From Selaginella moellendorffii (Eukaryota; Plantae; Lycopodiophyta): a DNA stretch of 64,000 bases. Position 1 is the first letter of the stretch; the number at the start of each line of letters is the position of its first letter. The position numbers were made by a program, and so were the translations under genes. The stretch spans positions 1,137,434 through 1,201,433 of the forward strand of contig NW_003314276.1 in NCBI RefSeq assembly GCF_000143415.4, given 5' to 3'. This document shows positions 1-11,491 of this stretch, one piece after another. Below the pieces are notes generated by a model. That model saw nothing but the letters and a program-made list of their open reading frames with translations. It was not told where the DNA came from and ran no database searches.

Positions 1-1148
1 GTCAGAGATCCCGCCATAGCACTTCTCGAGCTGCCCGGACAAACCCTACGTGCGCATTCTCGGCTGGGAACAGAAAATCCGTGAAATTCTGGATCCCGAT
101 GGAGCTGCCAATCGGGGAGGGAAGAATTTCGAGCGAAATGGATCTAGAGCCCCGATCTTGACGAGAAACTGGCCGAATTCCTAGATTTTCCTGGCGGCAT
201 CGATCAAATACCCCACCTGGCCATCGCCGCGACAAGATTTGAGACGACGCGCCAACGCTCCAAGACGCCGATGGGGATCTAATAATCCAGCCCTCACAAG
301 AAAACTCCTCTCTTTCTCCTCCTAGCCCAAGAGAGAATATTCAGTCAGTGAAAATGGGTATATTCACCGCCGTTCAGTTCATGCATGTCTTGGCCACCGG
401 CACCAGGCAGTCATCCGGTAAATCACCTTGTCTATTCACCGTTTTACCAGCGCTCGATCTTATCCACATACCGGCTGCCGCCGGTGTTTTGCGGCCAGCT
501 CCGAGTCTCCGCCATGTGGCTCATTGGCCACTGTACATACGATTAAAAGATAATGGCGTGGTTGGTACATGGTTTCCAAAGGATATGAATGTTCCAAATG
601 ATTTTCTTGCGCCATACTCCATGCCCGATGGCCACATTTTCCGTGCGTACGGAGATTTGACCAGCGTTTACTTTCCATTCCAGTGGAGAAATCTCCGCCT
701 CGAGCTGCTGGCCGTCGGATGCGCTCCTCCCATCGTGGCCGCCCACATCGTCACAATAAAATTAGTGTGGAACCAAAGAAGGGTTCCGCCATAGCCGATC
801 GGGGAGGAGGACAAGGGCGCCGCGCCGATGCTCGTCGCCGCCACTGCCGCTGCCGCCGCGCCGATCTCGATCTCCACCGCCTCGCCGCCGCCGCTGCCGC
901 CGCCGCTGGAGCACAGGATTTCACAGCCGGAGCAATCCCCGGATCGATCATGTTCTCCCCGGAGCGGCAGCAGCAGCGGCAGCAGTGAATCGAGGGAAAT
1001 CTCACGAGCACAGGCAAGTGTGTGGGCTTTGCGACTGCTAGATGCGTAGGCCGGTGGCGCGAGGAAGGGAAATCTCGAGCAAGAAGGGGTTTTTGGGCAG
1101 CACATCCTAAAGAAGGGTTTTTGCTTGCTACCACCAGGCAGTCCAGAC

Positions 1149-2751
1149 ATGGTCAACATAAAGCTCAAGCAATTAATTCGCAAGCCGTCGTCCAGGAATG
1201 ATAGCAGCATTGAGTCCTCGATTGGCGCTCCAGCTCCTCATCCAGGCGGCATAATGCCGGGCTCTACCAGTGTTCCTTCCAATCCTGGCTCTCGATCTTC
1301 GTCTTCCTCCTCCGGGCCGGTGAATGGGCTCCTCCCACTGACCAACTTTGAGCCGCTGCCGCTCTTCCGCGACGTTCCCAGCTCCGAGAAGCAATCGCTC
1401 TTCGTCAAGAAGCTACATTTGTGCTGCTGCGTGTTCGATTTCACTGACCCCTCCAAGCACACGCGAGAAAAGGAGATCAAGCGGCAGACACTCCTGGAGC
1501 TCGTCGACTACGTCACCTCGGGGTCGGGCAAGTTCACCGAGAACGTCCTCGAGGACATGACCAAGATGGTGTCGGCCAACTTGTTCCGGAGCCTGCCACC
1601 CTCGTCCCGCGAGAACAGTGCCGTGTCCGAGAGCTTTGACGAGGACGAGGAGCCGGTCATGGACCCGGCATGGCCGCATTTGCAGATCGTCTACGAGTTC
1701 TTACTCCGCCTGGTGGTGTCCACCGAGACCGACGCCAAGGTCGCCAAGCGCTACATCGACCACTTCTTCGTGCTGCGGCTGCTGGATCTCTTCGACTCGG
1801 AGGACCCCCGAGAGAGAGAGTACCTCAAGACCATCTTGCATCGGATCTACGGCAAGTTCATGGTCCACCGCCCCTTCATCCGCAAGGCCATCAACAACAT
1901 CTTCTACCGGTTCATCTTCGAGACGGAGAAGCACAACGGCATCGCGGAGATGCTGGAGATCCTGGGCAGCATCATCAACGGGTTCGCGCTGCCGCTCAAG
2001 GAAGAGCACAAGCTGTTCCTGGTGCGAGCTCTGGTGCCGCTGCACAAGCCAAAGTGCGTGGCCATGTACCACCAGCAGCTGTCGTACTGCATAACGCAGT
2101 TCGTGGAGAAGGACTGCAAGCTCGCGGACACGGTCATAAGAGGGCTGCTCAAGTACTGGCCTGTCACCAACAGCCAAAAGGAAGTCCTCTTCTTGAATGA
2201 GCTGGAGGAGGTACTGGAGGCGACGCAGGCGTCAGAGTTTGAGCGCTGCATGGTTCCCCTGTTCCGACAGATTGCCCGCTGCCTTAATAGCTCCCACTTC
2301 CAGGTAGGCATTCTCGTCTTTAAAGTTATTCTTCCTTGCCTTTGACTCTCTTTTCCGGTTTTTTTTCTTTCCCCAGGTAGCGGAACGAGCACTCTTTTTG
2401 TGGAACAACGATCACGTCGTGAGCTTGGTGGCACAGAACCGGCAGACGATACTGCCACTGATCTTCAGTGCGCTGGAGATGAACAACCGGAACCACTGGA
2501 ACCAGGCGGTGCACGGGCTGACTTGCAACGTCCGCAAGATGTTCTCGGAGATGGACCCGGAGCTGTTCCAGGAGTGCCAGCGGAAGTTCCAGGAGGACGA
2601 GGAGAAGTCCAAGGGGATCGAGGAGAAGCGCGAGATAACGTGGAAGCGGCTCGAGGCGGCGGCGGCCACCAAGGCCGTGAGCTCCGAGGCCGTGCTGGTG
2701 ATGGGAATGGCACCGTCGTTTAACCAGCAGAGAACCATGGTAGGCGTCTAG
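1149..2751 (+). CDS. Protein phosphatase 2A regulatory subunit B' (B56 family); exons 1149-2303 and 2377-2751
   Basis: B56 motifs ([66 protein letters not shown]). A GT..AG intron at 2304-2376 joins SSHFQ|[11 protein letters not shown] in frame. TAG at 2749-2751. Confidence 0.96.
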
Positions 2752-3232
2752 AAGATCGAGCCCAGCGTTCCCTGTTCTTGTTGGAGGATCTATCTCCACT
2801 GACCGGCTGCCCTGTAAATCGCCACCAATCCAGAGAACCAGTCCCGGTGTACACAAAAACCAGTAAGTTCGTCCGAGAGAACCGGTCGGTGTCGATGAAC
2901 CAGAGCTTGAGAAGAATACTGCGGCTGGAGTTGTTTGAATATTTACTCCTGTTTATTGGTTGTTCTGTGTGTGTTTGTAGAAAACAACGCTCTCCCCTTT
3001 CTATACGAACCATCCTCTTTCTATACGAGCCACTGCTTTGCCGGAAAATTCTTTCTCTGTGCATTATTTTCTTCGGGAAAAAGCAGCAGCCATTTTGTTA
3101 GAAATGAGCTGCGAACTTACAAAAGAATACCTTGATCCGTATTTACAGCACAGGTGCCAGGTTGATGGAAGGATGGAGAACAAAACTTGGTCGGTCGATC
3201 GATCTGTTTGTTTTTCTTTTTTTTTTCTTGGA

Positions 3233-5752
3233 CTACTGGATGTTGCACTCCTGCAAGTAAGGATGATCATACTTCACGTACCTCGACCAGTAACCTTTGA
3301 ATCTCGAGAGTCCAATTTCTAGCCAAGGTTTAAGGTTCCCATTGTAGTGGACAACGGCGGCAGCGTCGATCTCCTCGGGATCCACACCGGGGTTGTAACC
3401 GAGTCCCAGGACGTGCCAGGATTTGTCGAGCGGGTACGTGAGGTTGTAGAAGGTGATGAGTCCCGGAGGCAAGGTTCCCAGCTTCCAGAGTGTCCTATCC
3501 TTGTTCTGCAAGAGAAAGAGCTTAGCCACATCGTTTTAGACTTTCCAGAAAACGCTTACCATCGTTTGCCACTTGTGGTAGATTCCTGTGATGTCGCGCT
3601 TCTTCCACTCCTCCAGGTCGAAGATGTTCATCCCGTAGGCCCAGCCACACGCGTTTGGATCGAAGTTCCTTGCGATGTGAGGATTGGAGAAATTAAGATA
3701 CTTGTCGAATCGATGGAAGCTGGCTCCACAAGTCTCCACTGCACCGTTCACCTTGCCATGGAGGTCCACGGACCACAGCGGAGTCAGGTCCTTTTGCACA
3801 ACGATGTCGTCGTCCAGGAACAGGATCTTGCTCAGTCTCGGGAACACCTCCGGGAGATAGAACCTGAGATGGTTGAGCATCGACAGGTACTTGGGGTTGC
3901 GGTACTTCAGATTGGACGTCCCAGAAGTTACGCTCGTTGTCTGGTCCGGTTTGAAGTAGTAGTCCTTCATCGCTGCAGATTCCAGTTGCCGTAGGACGGG
4001 ACAGTAGGAAGAATTGAGCCACGTAAAGTCGTCGATATTTTGGACGTGAATGGTGGCGTTGCCCGGGGGATTGTCCAGAAACCACATCTTCATGGCCCCA
4101 AAATTTAGGCGGTCTGTAACCAGATGAAACACATGCTTGTCGGGTTCCTGCACGAACCAAGACACATAGGTCACATGTCTTTACAACTCCTGAAAAGTAA
4201 ATGTACGTACCTCGGCGTGGAGGACAGTGGAATTGACCACCACTGCTGCTGCAAGGACGTTGTCCGAGAAGAGCGCATAGTGATACAAGTCGTCGTCCTC
4301 GAGCTTTTCCCGGTTCGGGAACTGACGCTCATCTGGGGGCAGTACATGATACTGTACGTTGAGGCGCAGCGAAAGGCAATGCAGGCCTTTCGGCATGGTC
4401 TTGGCAGCAAGCTGGCTCAAGAACGCACTTTGCTTCCTGAGTGAGCGCGCGTAATCTTCAGCTCCATGCAGCATTGCTCGCAAACCTTTGACTAGAGAGT
4501 TACAGTCGTAATTCTGCTGCCTTGCCTTGGCCAAAACCTGTCCCATGGCACGGATTTTATCGGGAGCACTGCAAGATAGAGACGCTAAGTTCCACTCGTA
4601 AGGTACTGCAAGGAAGAAATATTACCTCCGTGGTAGCTCAGCATCAATGGTTGCGTCACCCACGACACGCTCGCTGTCTCTGAGACGGATTCTCAGATCG
4701 CGAAGAAGCCTCTGATTGTTGCGAGCCTGAGCAACCCCAATGTATGCTCTGGCCATAATCACTTGATCGCGAATCAATCTGACCAGGGAGTCTGAGTTTT
4801 CGTTTTCATCCCGCCTCCAAATGCTGTACTTGCCGAGTATCGCCCCATCCACAGCTTTGGAGCGTTTGATAGCTTCCTCTTCCAGCCGTGCCTTTTCTCC
4901 TTCATCCTGCTGGAGAAGCTCTGTCAGCCTTTTCTCATGCCTACGCAGTCTCAGTTGCTGCAAATCGAAAAATAAAGTGTGCATTTCAACATGCAACCGA
5001 TATGCAAACATTGTCAATCTGCGTAGACTTTGGGAGCTTACCTTTCGGATCTCAGCAGCTGGATCGGTCTTTACTTGAGAACTCTCGTCGGCAGTAGCGA
5101 CAGTGGTATTCACATCTTCTCCATGAGGCAGGTTTGGATTCACCACAACCGTTCCCTGGTCCTCAGCTTCCGCAGTTTTAACATCCTCAACAACGTTCTC
5201 CTGAACAAAAATAGCAATAGAATTTTACAAGCTGTAGGTGGCATCGCCTATTTATTTACCTTCTTCGCGACCTCTTTCTCCGAATTCTCACGTACTAACG
5301 AGGACGAGTGAGATACCTCGGAGTTTGCTATTATAACGTCGAGTACCTACATGCACAAAGAAAAAAGGGAGTCTCTTGCCATAAGAATCTCTTGCCGAAC
5401 TCCTCACAACCAAAAGACTTAAAACTTACTTGATCCGCCACAGTGGCTTTCTGCCCGTTACGCGAGTCATCCTGGAAGTCGAGAATTAAAACACGGAACA
5501 AATCTATAAAGCCAAACTCACATTGCTGGTTTGCGGCAATTCGCCCTTCCCTGTGTAGTTAAGTTAAAACCCCACGATAAGCAAAAAGAAAAAGATCTCA
5601 CCAAACGAAGTGCTGAAGATCGCGATTCTTGGCGCAAGGAAAATGAGTGGAGCGATCATAGAAACTGCAAGAAGCACCCCCACAGAGATCCGGAACTTAT
5701 CATTTCTCACGCGATGCTGGGGACCTGCCGCTGGTCCTCTTTTGGATCGCAT
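3233..5752 (-). CDS. GAUT1: Galacturonosyltransferase (GT8, GAUT1-like); about 8 exons
   Basis: N-terminal type II anchor (FRISVGVLLAVSMIAPLIFL), GKYSIWRR..NSDSLVRLIRDQVIMARAY, HYALFSDNVLAAAVVVNST, YLSMLNHLRFYLPE, FLDDDIVVQKDL (DxD), LWKLGTLPPGL and HYNGNLKPW. Exons are bounded by GT/AG. Small 5' exons (5259-5473) are approximate. Confidence 0.93.
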
Positions 5753-8045
5753 GGTAGTCACTACATGTGTGATCTCCTCCTTTCACCGGCGCTGCTGGAG
5801 CTAGATCCAGTGATCACGAACCCTAGCCTGGAACAGTAGGGGCCTCTTCCCTCTCTCGCCGGAGACAATGTCCCCGAAATACCCCCGACGAGGATCAATA
5901 CCGAGAATGCTGCTGCGCAAGAAGATCCAGGCCACGGCTGTGCGCAATCTGGCGCTGGGGAATGCCGATTCCGAGCGGGGAGAGAGGCTGGGCTGCAAAT
6001 CTTGGCGAAGACGAGGAAGAACCAGCAATGTGGAGCTCCCGGCACCGCCGCAGCCAGCGCGGCGTCACACCTTTGCCCTAAGAAGCGCCATGGCTGTGCC
6101 CCCAGCTTCGAGCCTGACGAAGAAATTTCCACGCCCAGAGAAAAATGCAGGTACGTGTGGGAGAATATTCTCTTAGTCAGTGCACGAATCTGTTATTTAC
6201 ATTTTCTCCAAACTAGGTACTTTTCTTACTAAGCAAAATACGTTGTGTAACCTGATCTTGCGAACGGTCCAGATGCAAACTAAATGTGCTTCAAGACTAG
6301 CATTATATGGGTATATTCATTTTCTTATTTTTATTATGTGGCTGAATGTTGCTATGTGAGTGCTATTAACTAGCCCAAAAACCTTAATTTATATACAAAA
6401 GTGAGTAGTTCAGATTAAAATCAATTCAATAGTTATCAAAATTCTATTACATTAATATTAACATATAGCATTATAACCATACACTTGGACCTCACATCAT
6501 CCCTTCCTCTCGAAATGATAGAAGATAATTAGGATTCTCTAGTGGACAAACTAGAATATGAAGGAACATCAAAAGAAGGCATTGGTAGATATGTTAGTGG
6601 TATTAATTGTTTTTAATCCTTTTGTATGAAGCATTTTGCTACTGCATATACACAATTTATGGAGGATCAATTTATTAGTCATTATGCTAAACTTTATAAA
6701 CTTGCAGCTCAATTTACCACAATACTTGATACAGTCCCTTTCACTGAGAAAAGAGCCTCTTAGATAAACCACATACTGTAAGATTGGGAAAATAGATTAA
6801 CACTAAAGCATTCATTTTGTACTCTATATGTGGATAATAATGAAAGTTATAATGTCATTGTTGCCTCACTTATATACGACTCAAGTGTTTACTAGACTTT
6901 GTTTAAATTAGTGGAAGAATGCTTGTCAAATACTAATCCCAAGACATAACATTGGTAGCTTGTGGCAATCGCAAAAGTAAACTCAACTCCGTTAGTAGTA
7001 TCAAATCATAACCATATAAGAGTTTATATGGTGAAGCATCAACAAAACTTTACACCCCTATGATATATGCATATTAAAAAGACAATAAATAACCATTCCA
7101 ATTCAAATGTTGAAAGTTTATATACTTTATAATTATCCTTTTAAAGATCTAAATGAGCCATTCCACCAAACTATCAAATTATGGATAATAAGCATTTGTG
7201 AAAGTGTGACTTATCCCCAATTGAGACGTTAAAATGTGAAATGCCTCAGCCATAAATGTGGGATTATTATCCAAAAGAATTTGCTTTGGATAAGAATACT
7301 AGAACACCACTCGATTGAGGGGGAAGTATCTAACAACAGTTGCAAACGCATTAGCAAGAGCTCCGACTTCCTTTAGCAAGTTAAGTAGTCAAAAGCAATA
7401 ATGACATACTCAATGCCAACAATCTATTATGGAAAATGCTCTATTAGATTAAATGCTACCAACTCAAACGGATAAGAAATTACAATTAACTCCAGCTGTC
7501 CTTATTATGAGTTTAGCATCAAACATAGCTATGCACATACCGGATATTATGTCACATCTCTACCAATAAAAAAACTTGTACAACTTTTCAGTCATACAAT
7601 GATATCCTATATGCTTGCCTATAATAGGAGAATCATGGTAGATGTGGAGAAAGCATGGAATAAAGATCAAAGGCACCATCAACTATAAATGATCATCAGA
7701 AAATAGTTATCCTCAAGGTAATATTAAGAATGTAAATACCGAAATGGTAAGTCATCAATAAATGATGCAAAATTCTCAAATCCATCATAAAACTTTCGAA
7801 TTCACAACTTAACTATTTAAGCCTCATCAAAAAAAGGTAAATCTTGCTTCACATCTTATGGACATTGAACATCAAACATAACAATTATTGGTGGCATAGA
7901 ATCTTTATTTAGAAAATTCACAAATGTTAAAATAATAGGCTCGTTAGAAATATGGGAATAGAGCAAAAAAGGAAAAAGAGTTCAAGAAAGGGCATTAGTA
8001 TTAGCCATAGAACTCTTTAGGTGATGAATAACATCAAAATCATAT

Positions 8046-10230
8046 TGTACAACTAAATTTTCCATTCTACCTTAGTCACTTAACCATACCTCTGACCACT
8101 TGGAGGAGTCTCACTCACAACCTCTAGAAGTCCTATTTCGGACTTGGGTTTGCTAGCCTCAAGAATGGCATCCCCGCCACTCAACCTTTGCACTTGGTCC
8201 AAGTGCTCCATGTGTCCAATCCCATGATCGACACCCCAAGGTACCATCGATATATTAGCCTATTATGCTAATGCCATGCCCCTTCACCTTGGTCACACTG
8301 GTGGTCTAACACCACCTACATCACAATCCCGTCTTTCAAGGATTGGGCCATCCATCTATAAGTGATCATCCCAAATTCACTCCTTAGCATCCTTAGGATG
8401 CCTGCAAACATGGGGAATAACCTTCCCCAATATCCCTTTTCCGGTCCCCACCAAGTCCCTTTCTGCCTATGGCCGTGTTCGCCAACACTGCCACTGAATC
8501 GAGGCCCACAAGCCCAACCACTAAGTCCCACGGTCCTATGGGACTTCCTCACCACACGACTGTGTCCTTGGTCACTACACCAGAGGACTACTCCTTTTCC
8601 TTTTCACAGTCTGGGCCTTTGGGATAACATTTCGGAATACCATGGCCTTACACGAGCCTCATGGGTACTCTCCCCACCTTCTGCCTTTGGGTGCTCTAGC
8701 CATGGGCTTAGAGCGAGGTTCTGTTGAGCCATGCTAGATATCCAAGTAGGTAGTGCTACCCACACTTGGACTGGGAGCATCGACCATTCGATCTCCTGGG
8801 GGAACTAGAGGCAGCTCTTGAATACTTCACCAAGCTACCTTGCTTGTCGGTCCGTATTCATTCTAGCCTTGGACTTCCCAATGGTCAGCTCATCACCCAA
8901 CATTGGGTATGGCCTTCCTGGGCCAAACTAACCTTTCCTAGCCAAACTGGCTCCACTAGGCTCCAACCCCCACACTCTCCCTACTATACTTTTGGAACCC
9001 TGCAGCTCCCCCCCCCGGGGGACGATCACTTTGGGCTTTCACCCAACTGCCTGTATTAGTATTCGGACTCGGTCTCAGTCCCAGTTTCAGACTCGGACTC
9101 GGTCTCAGTCTCAATCTCGGTCTCAGTCTTAGTTCCATCTCGGACTCCATCTCGGGTCCATCTTGGACTCCATCTCGGACTCCATCTCGGATCCATCTCG
9201 AACTCCATCTCGGGTCCTTCTCGGACGCCATATTGGATCCATCTCAAACTCCATCTCAAGTCCATCTCGGACTCCATCTCAAACTCCATCTTGGGTCCAT
9301 CTTAGACTCCATCTTGGGTCCATCTCGAGCTCCATCTCGGGTCCATCTCGGACTCCATCTTGAGTCCTTCTCGGACTCCATCTCGGGTCCATCTCGGACT
9401 CCATCTCAGGTCCATCTCGGACTCCATCTCGGGTCCATCTTGGACTCCATCTTGGGTCCATTTCGGACTCCATCTCGGGTCCATCTCAGACTCCATCTCA
9501 GACTCCATCTCGGACTCCATCTTGGACACTTCCACGTGTCATGTGTTGGTCCTTTTGGGTCCCTTTTTGGAGCCTCGCTTATTGCTCGCTTCGTGCTGAT
9601 TCCTCGAGCACTTTGTTGGGAGTTCCACTCCTGCTCTCGACCTTTCAAGTCGGAGCCTTTTAGTCCAAATGTGTTACGCTCATTTGGCTTTTGCTTCGGC
9701 CACTACCACGTGGCACCCTTTCGGCTCCACTTTGGGGCTTAGGGATTTGTGTCTCACAATTTGGTGGCATTTGATTTGATAGGGTCTTTTCCACAATCAG
9801 ACTCCATTTTGGGTCCTTCTCGGACTCCATCTCGAGTCCTTCTCGGACACCATCTCGGGTCCATCTTAGACTCCATTTCGGGTCCATCTCGGACTCCATT
9901 TTGGGTCCATCTTGGACTCCATCTTGGGTCCATCTCAGACTCCATCTCGGGTCCATCTCGGACTCCATCTCAGGTCCATCTCAAACTCCATCTCAGACAC
10001 TTCCATGTGTCATATGTTGGTCCTTTTGGGTCCCTTTTTGGAGCCTCGTTTATTGCTCGCTTTGTGCTCGTTCCTCAAGCACTTTTGTTAGGAGTTCCAC
10101 TCCCGCTCTCAACCTTTCAAGTCGAAGCTTTTGGTCCAAAAGTGTTACATTCATTTAGCTTTTGCTTCAAAGACTACCTCGTGGCACCCTTTCGGCTCCA
10201 CTTTGGGGCCTAGGGATTTTGTGTCTCACA
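8046..10230. mobile_element. Collapsed/solo-like LTR of satellite-bearing family A with duplicated distal end; TSD CATAT
   Basis: TG at 8046 and CA at 10230. CATAT at 8041-8045 and 10231-10235. Homologous along its length to 18602-20301 and 24522-26362. The terminal segment ending GGGATTTGTGTCTCACA occurs twice (ending 9758 and 10230). Confidence 0.85.
9063..9996. repeat. Minisatellite inside LTR: hexamers (GGACTC/GGTCTC/AGTCTC) then GGACTCCATCTC / GGGTCCATCTC 12+11 bp units (two blocks)
   Basis: Directly visible tandem units at about 9063-9526 and 9796-9996. Source of the spurious MESEMDPRW/HLGLHLG ORFs. Confidence 0.9.
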
Positions 10231-10656
10231 CATATATCTGAAGCTTTAAAGCCCATCTAGCAATATGATCAACCAAGTTCTTTTGCTTTAATGACAAAGT
10301 AACAACAACATGATCATCTTTTAGTAATGTTCGAAAACCATGTAGATAGGTATGAAGTTTTTTGAAACCTTAAATTTTTCCTAAACACTCTTTTATTGTG
10401 GAATAGTTCACCTCTATGGGTTGTAATGTACATCTGATATATACAATGAGATGGCATTGACTAGGCACATTTAGACTCTTTTGCATCAATATATCTCCAA
10501 GATTGATATCAAAAACATCCATACGCAAAATGAAAGGTTGAATGTAGTTAAGATATACCAAAATTGAATGAGTCATCAACAACTCTTTGAAATCCATAAA
10601 TGCTCGCTTACAATCCACGGACTAGATGAAAGATGATGTTAACAACTTCAACAATA

Positions 10657-11491
10657 TGCAAGTAATTAAAAATAATGACTTATTGAGATGATCTATATGG
10701 GTTCAAATATAAAGAGAAAAAGGCTTATGAATAAAAGTGCACCCCCTTTTTCAATTGGTTAAGGGTTTTCTGGGATACTTAGGTTTAATGGTCTTGGGAT
10801 ACTTAAGGTTAAATGTCTTTAAGTTTGAATAGTATTGGGTTGGATGACTTCCCAGGAAGTCTAAATTCAAAAATTTATATTTGGTATTAGAGAAGTATCG
10901 AATCCAACTCTGTTGGTTGGCTAATAGAATCGCACAATATGTTAATTGACATCTGGTAGGTTCAATTTCCTTTAACTGGGCTTGATTCAAAGGGTAAGGT
11001 GTCAAGAGAGTGGGGCTCTCGAGAAAGTTGCGGCTCTTACCTTCTATTTACGAGGGCGTGAATTTGTAAGGAAGCTTCAAATTCAAAATCTTACATTTGG
11101 TATTAAAGAGGTGTCAAGTCTGACTTTTTTAGTTGGTTAGTGGAATCGCATCACATATTGATTGAAATTTGGTAAATCTAATTAACTCTAGATAGGCTCG
11201 ACTTAAGGGGTAGGGTGTTAAAAGAGTAGAGCTCTTATGAGAATTGTGGCTCTCAACTTTTATTTATGGTGTGAATTTGTAGGGAAGCATGGTAGATTGT
11301 AAAACCTAAAGAGAATGACTTGAAAGATGATGTATAAAGTTTTAAATATAGAGAGAATAGGCTCATGAATAAAAGTGCACCCCTTTTTCCAATCGGTTAA
11401 GAGTTTTGGGATACTTGGGGTTAAGTGTTCCTAGGTTTAAATAATACTAGGTTGGGTGACTTTATGAGAAGTTTAAATTCAAAAGCTTACA
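10657..11491 (+). mobile_element. Cassandra-type TRIM, tandem arrangement LTR-internal-(deleted LTR)-internal-LTR
   Basis: LTRs of about 200 bp at 10657-10879 and 11298-11491 (TGTAA...TTACA), each with a degenerate 5S rRNA A-box/IE/C-box segment. tRNA-iMet-type PBS TGGTATTAGAG at 10882 and TGGTATTAAAG at 11098. Two homologous non-coding internal units of about 190 bp. Confidence 0.8.

Noticed and set aside
348-794. Stand-alone 148-aa gene
   Set aside because: No recognisable domain; lies in the probable leader/promoter region of the B' gene.
1618-2458. Overlapping alternative-frame and antisense ORFs in the B' gene (similar ones in PI4K, bHLH and L31)
   Set aside because: Expected from high third-position GC; no independent coding signal.
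9063-9996. CRISPR-like array or repeat-protein ORFs (MESEMDPRW, HLGLHLG)
   Set aside because: Head-to-tail minisatellite with no unique spacers and no cas genes, located inside LTRs; the ORFs are by-products of the repeat.
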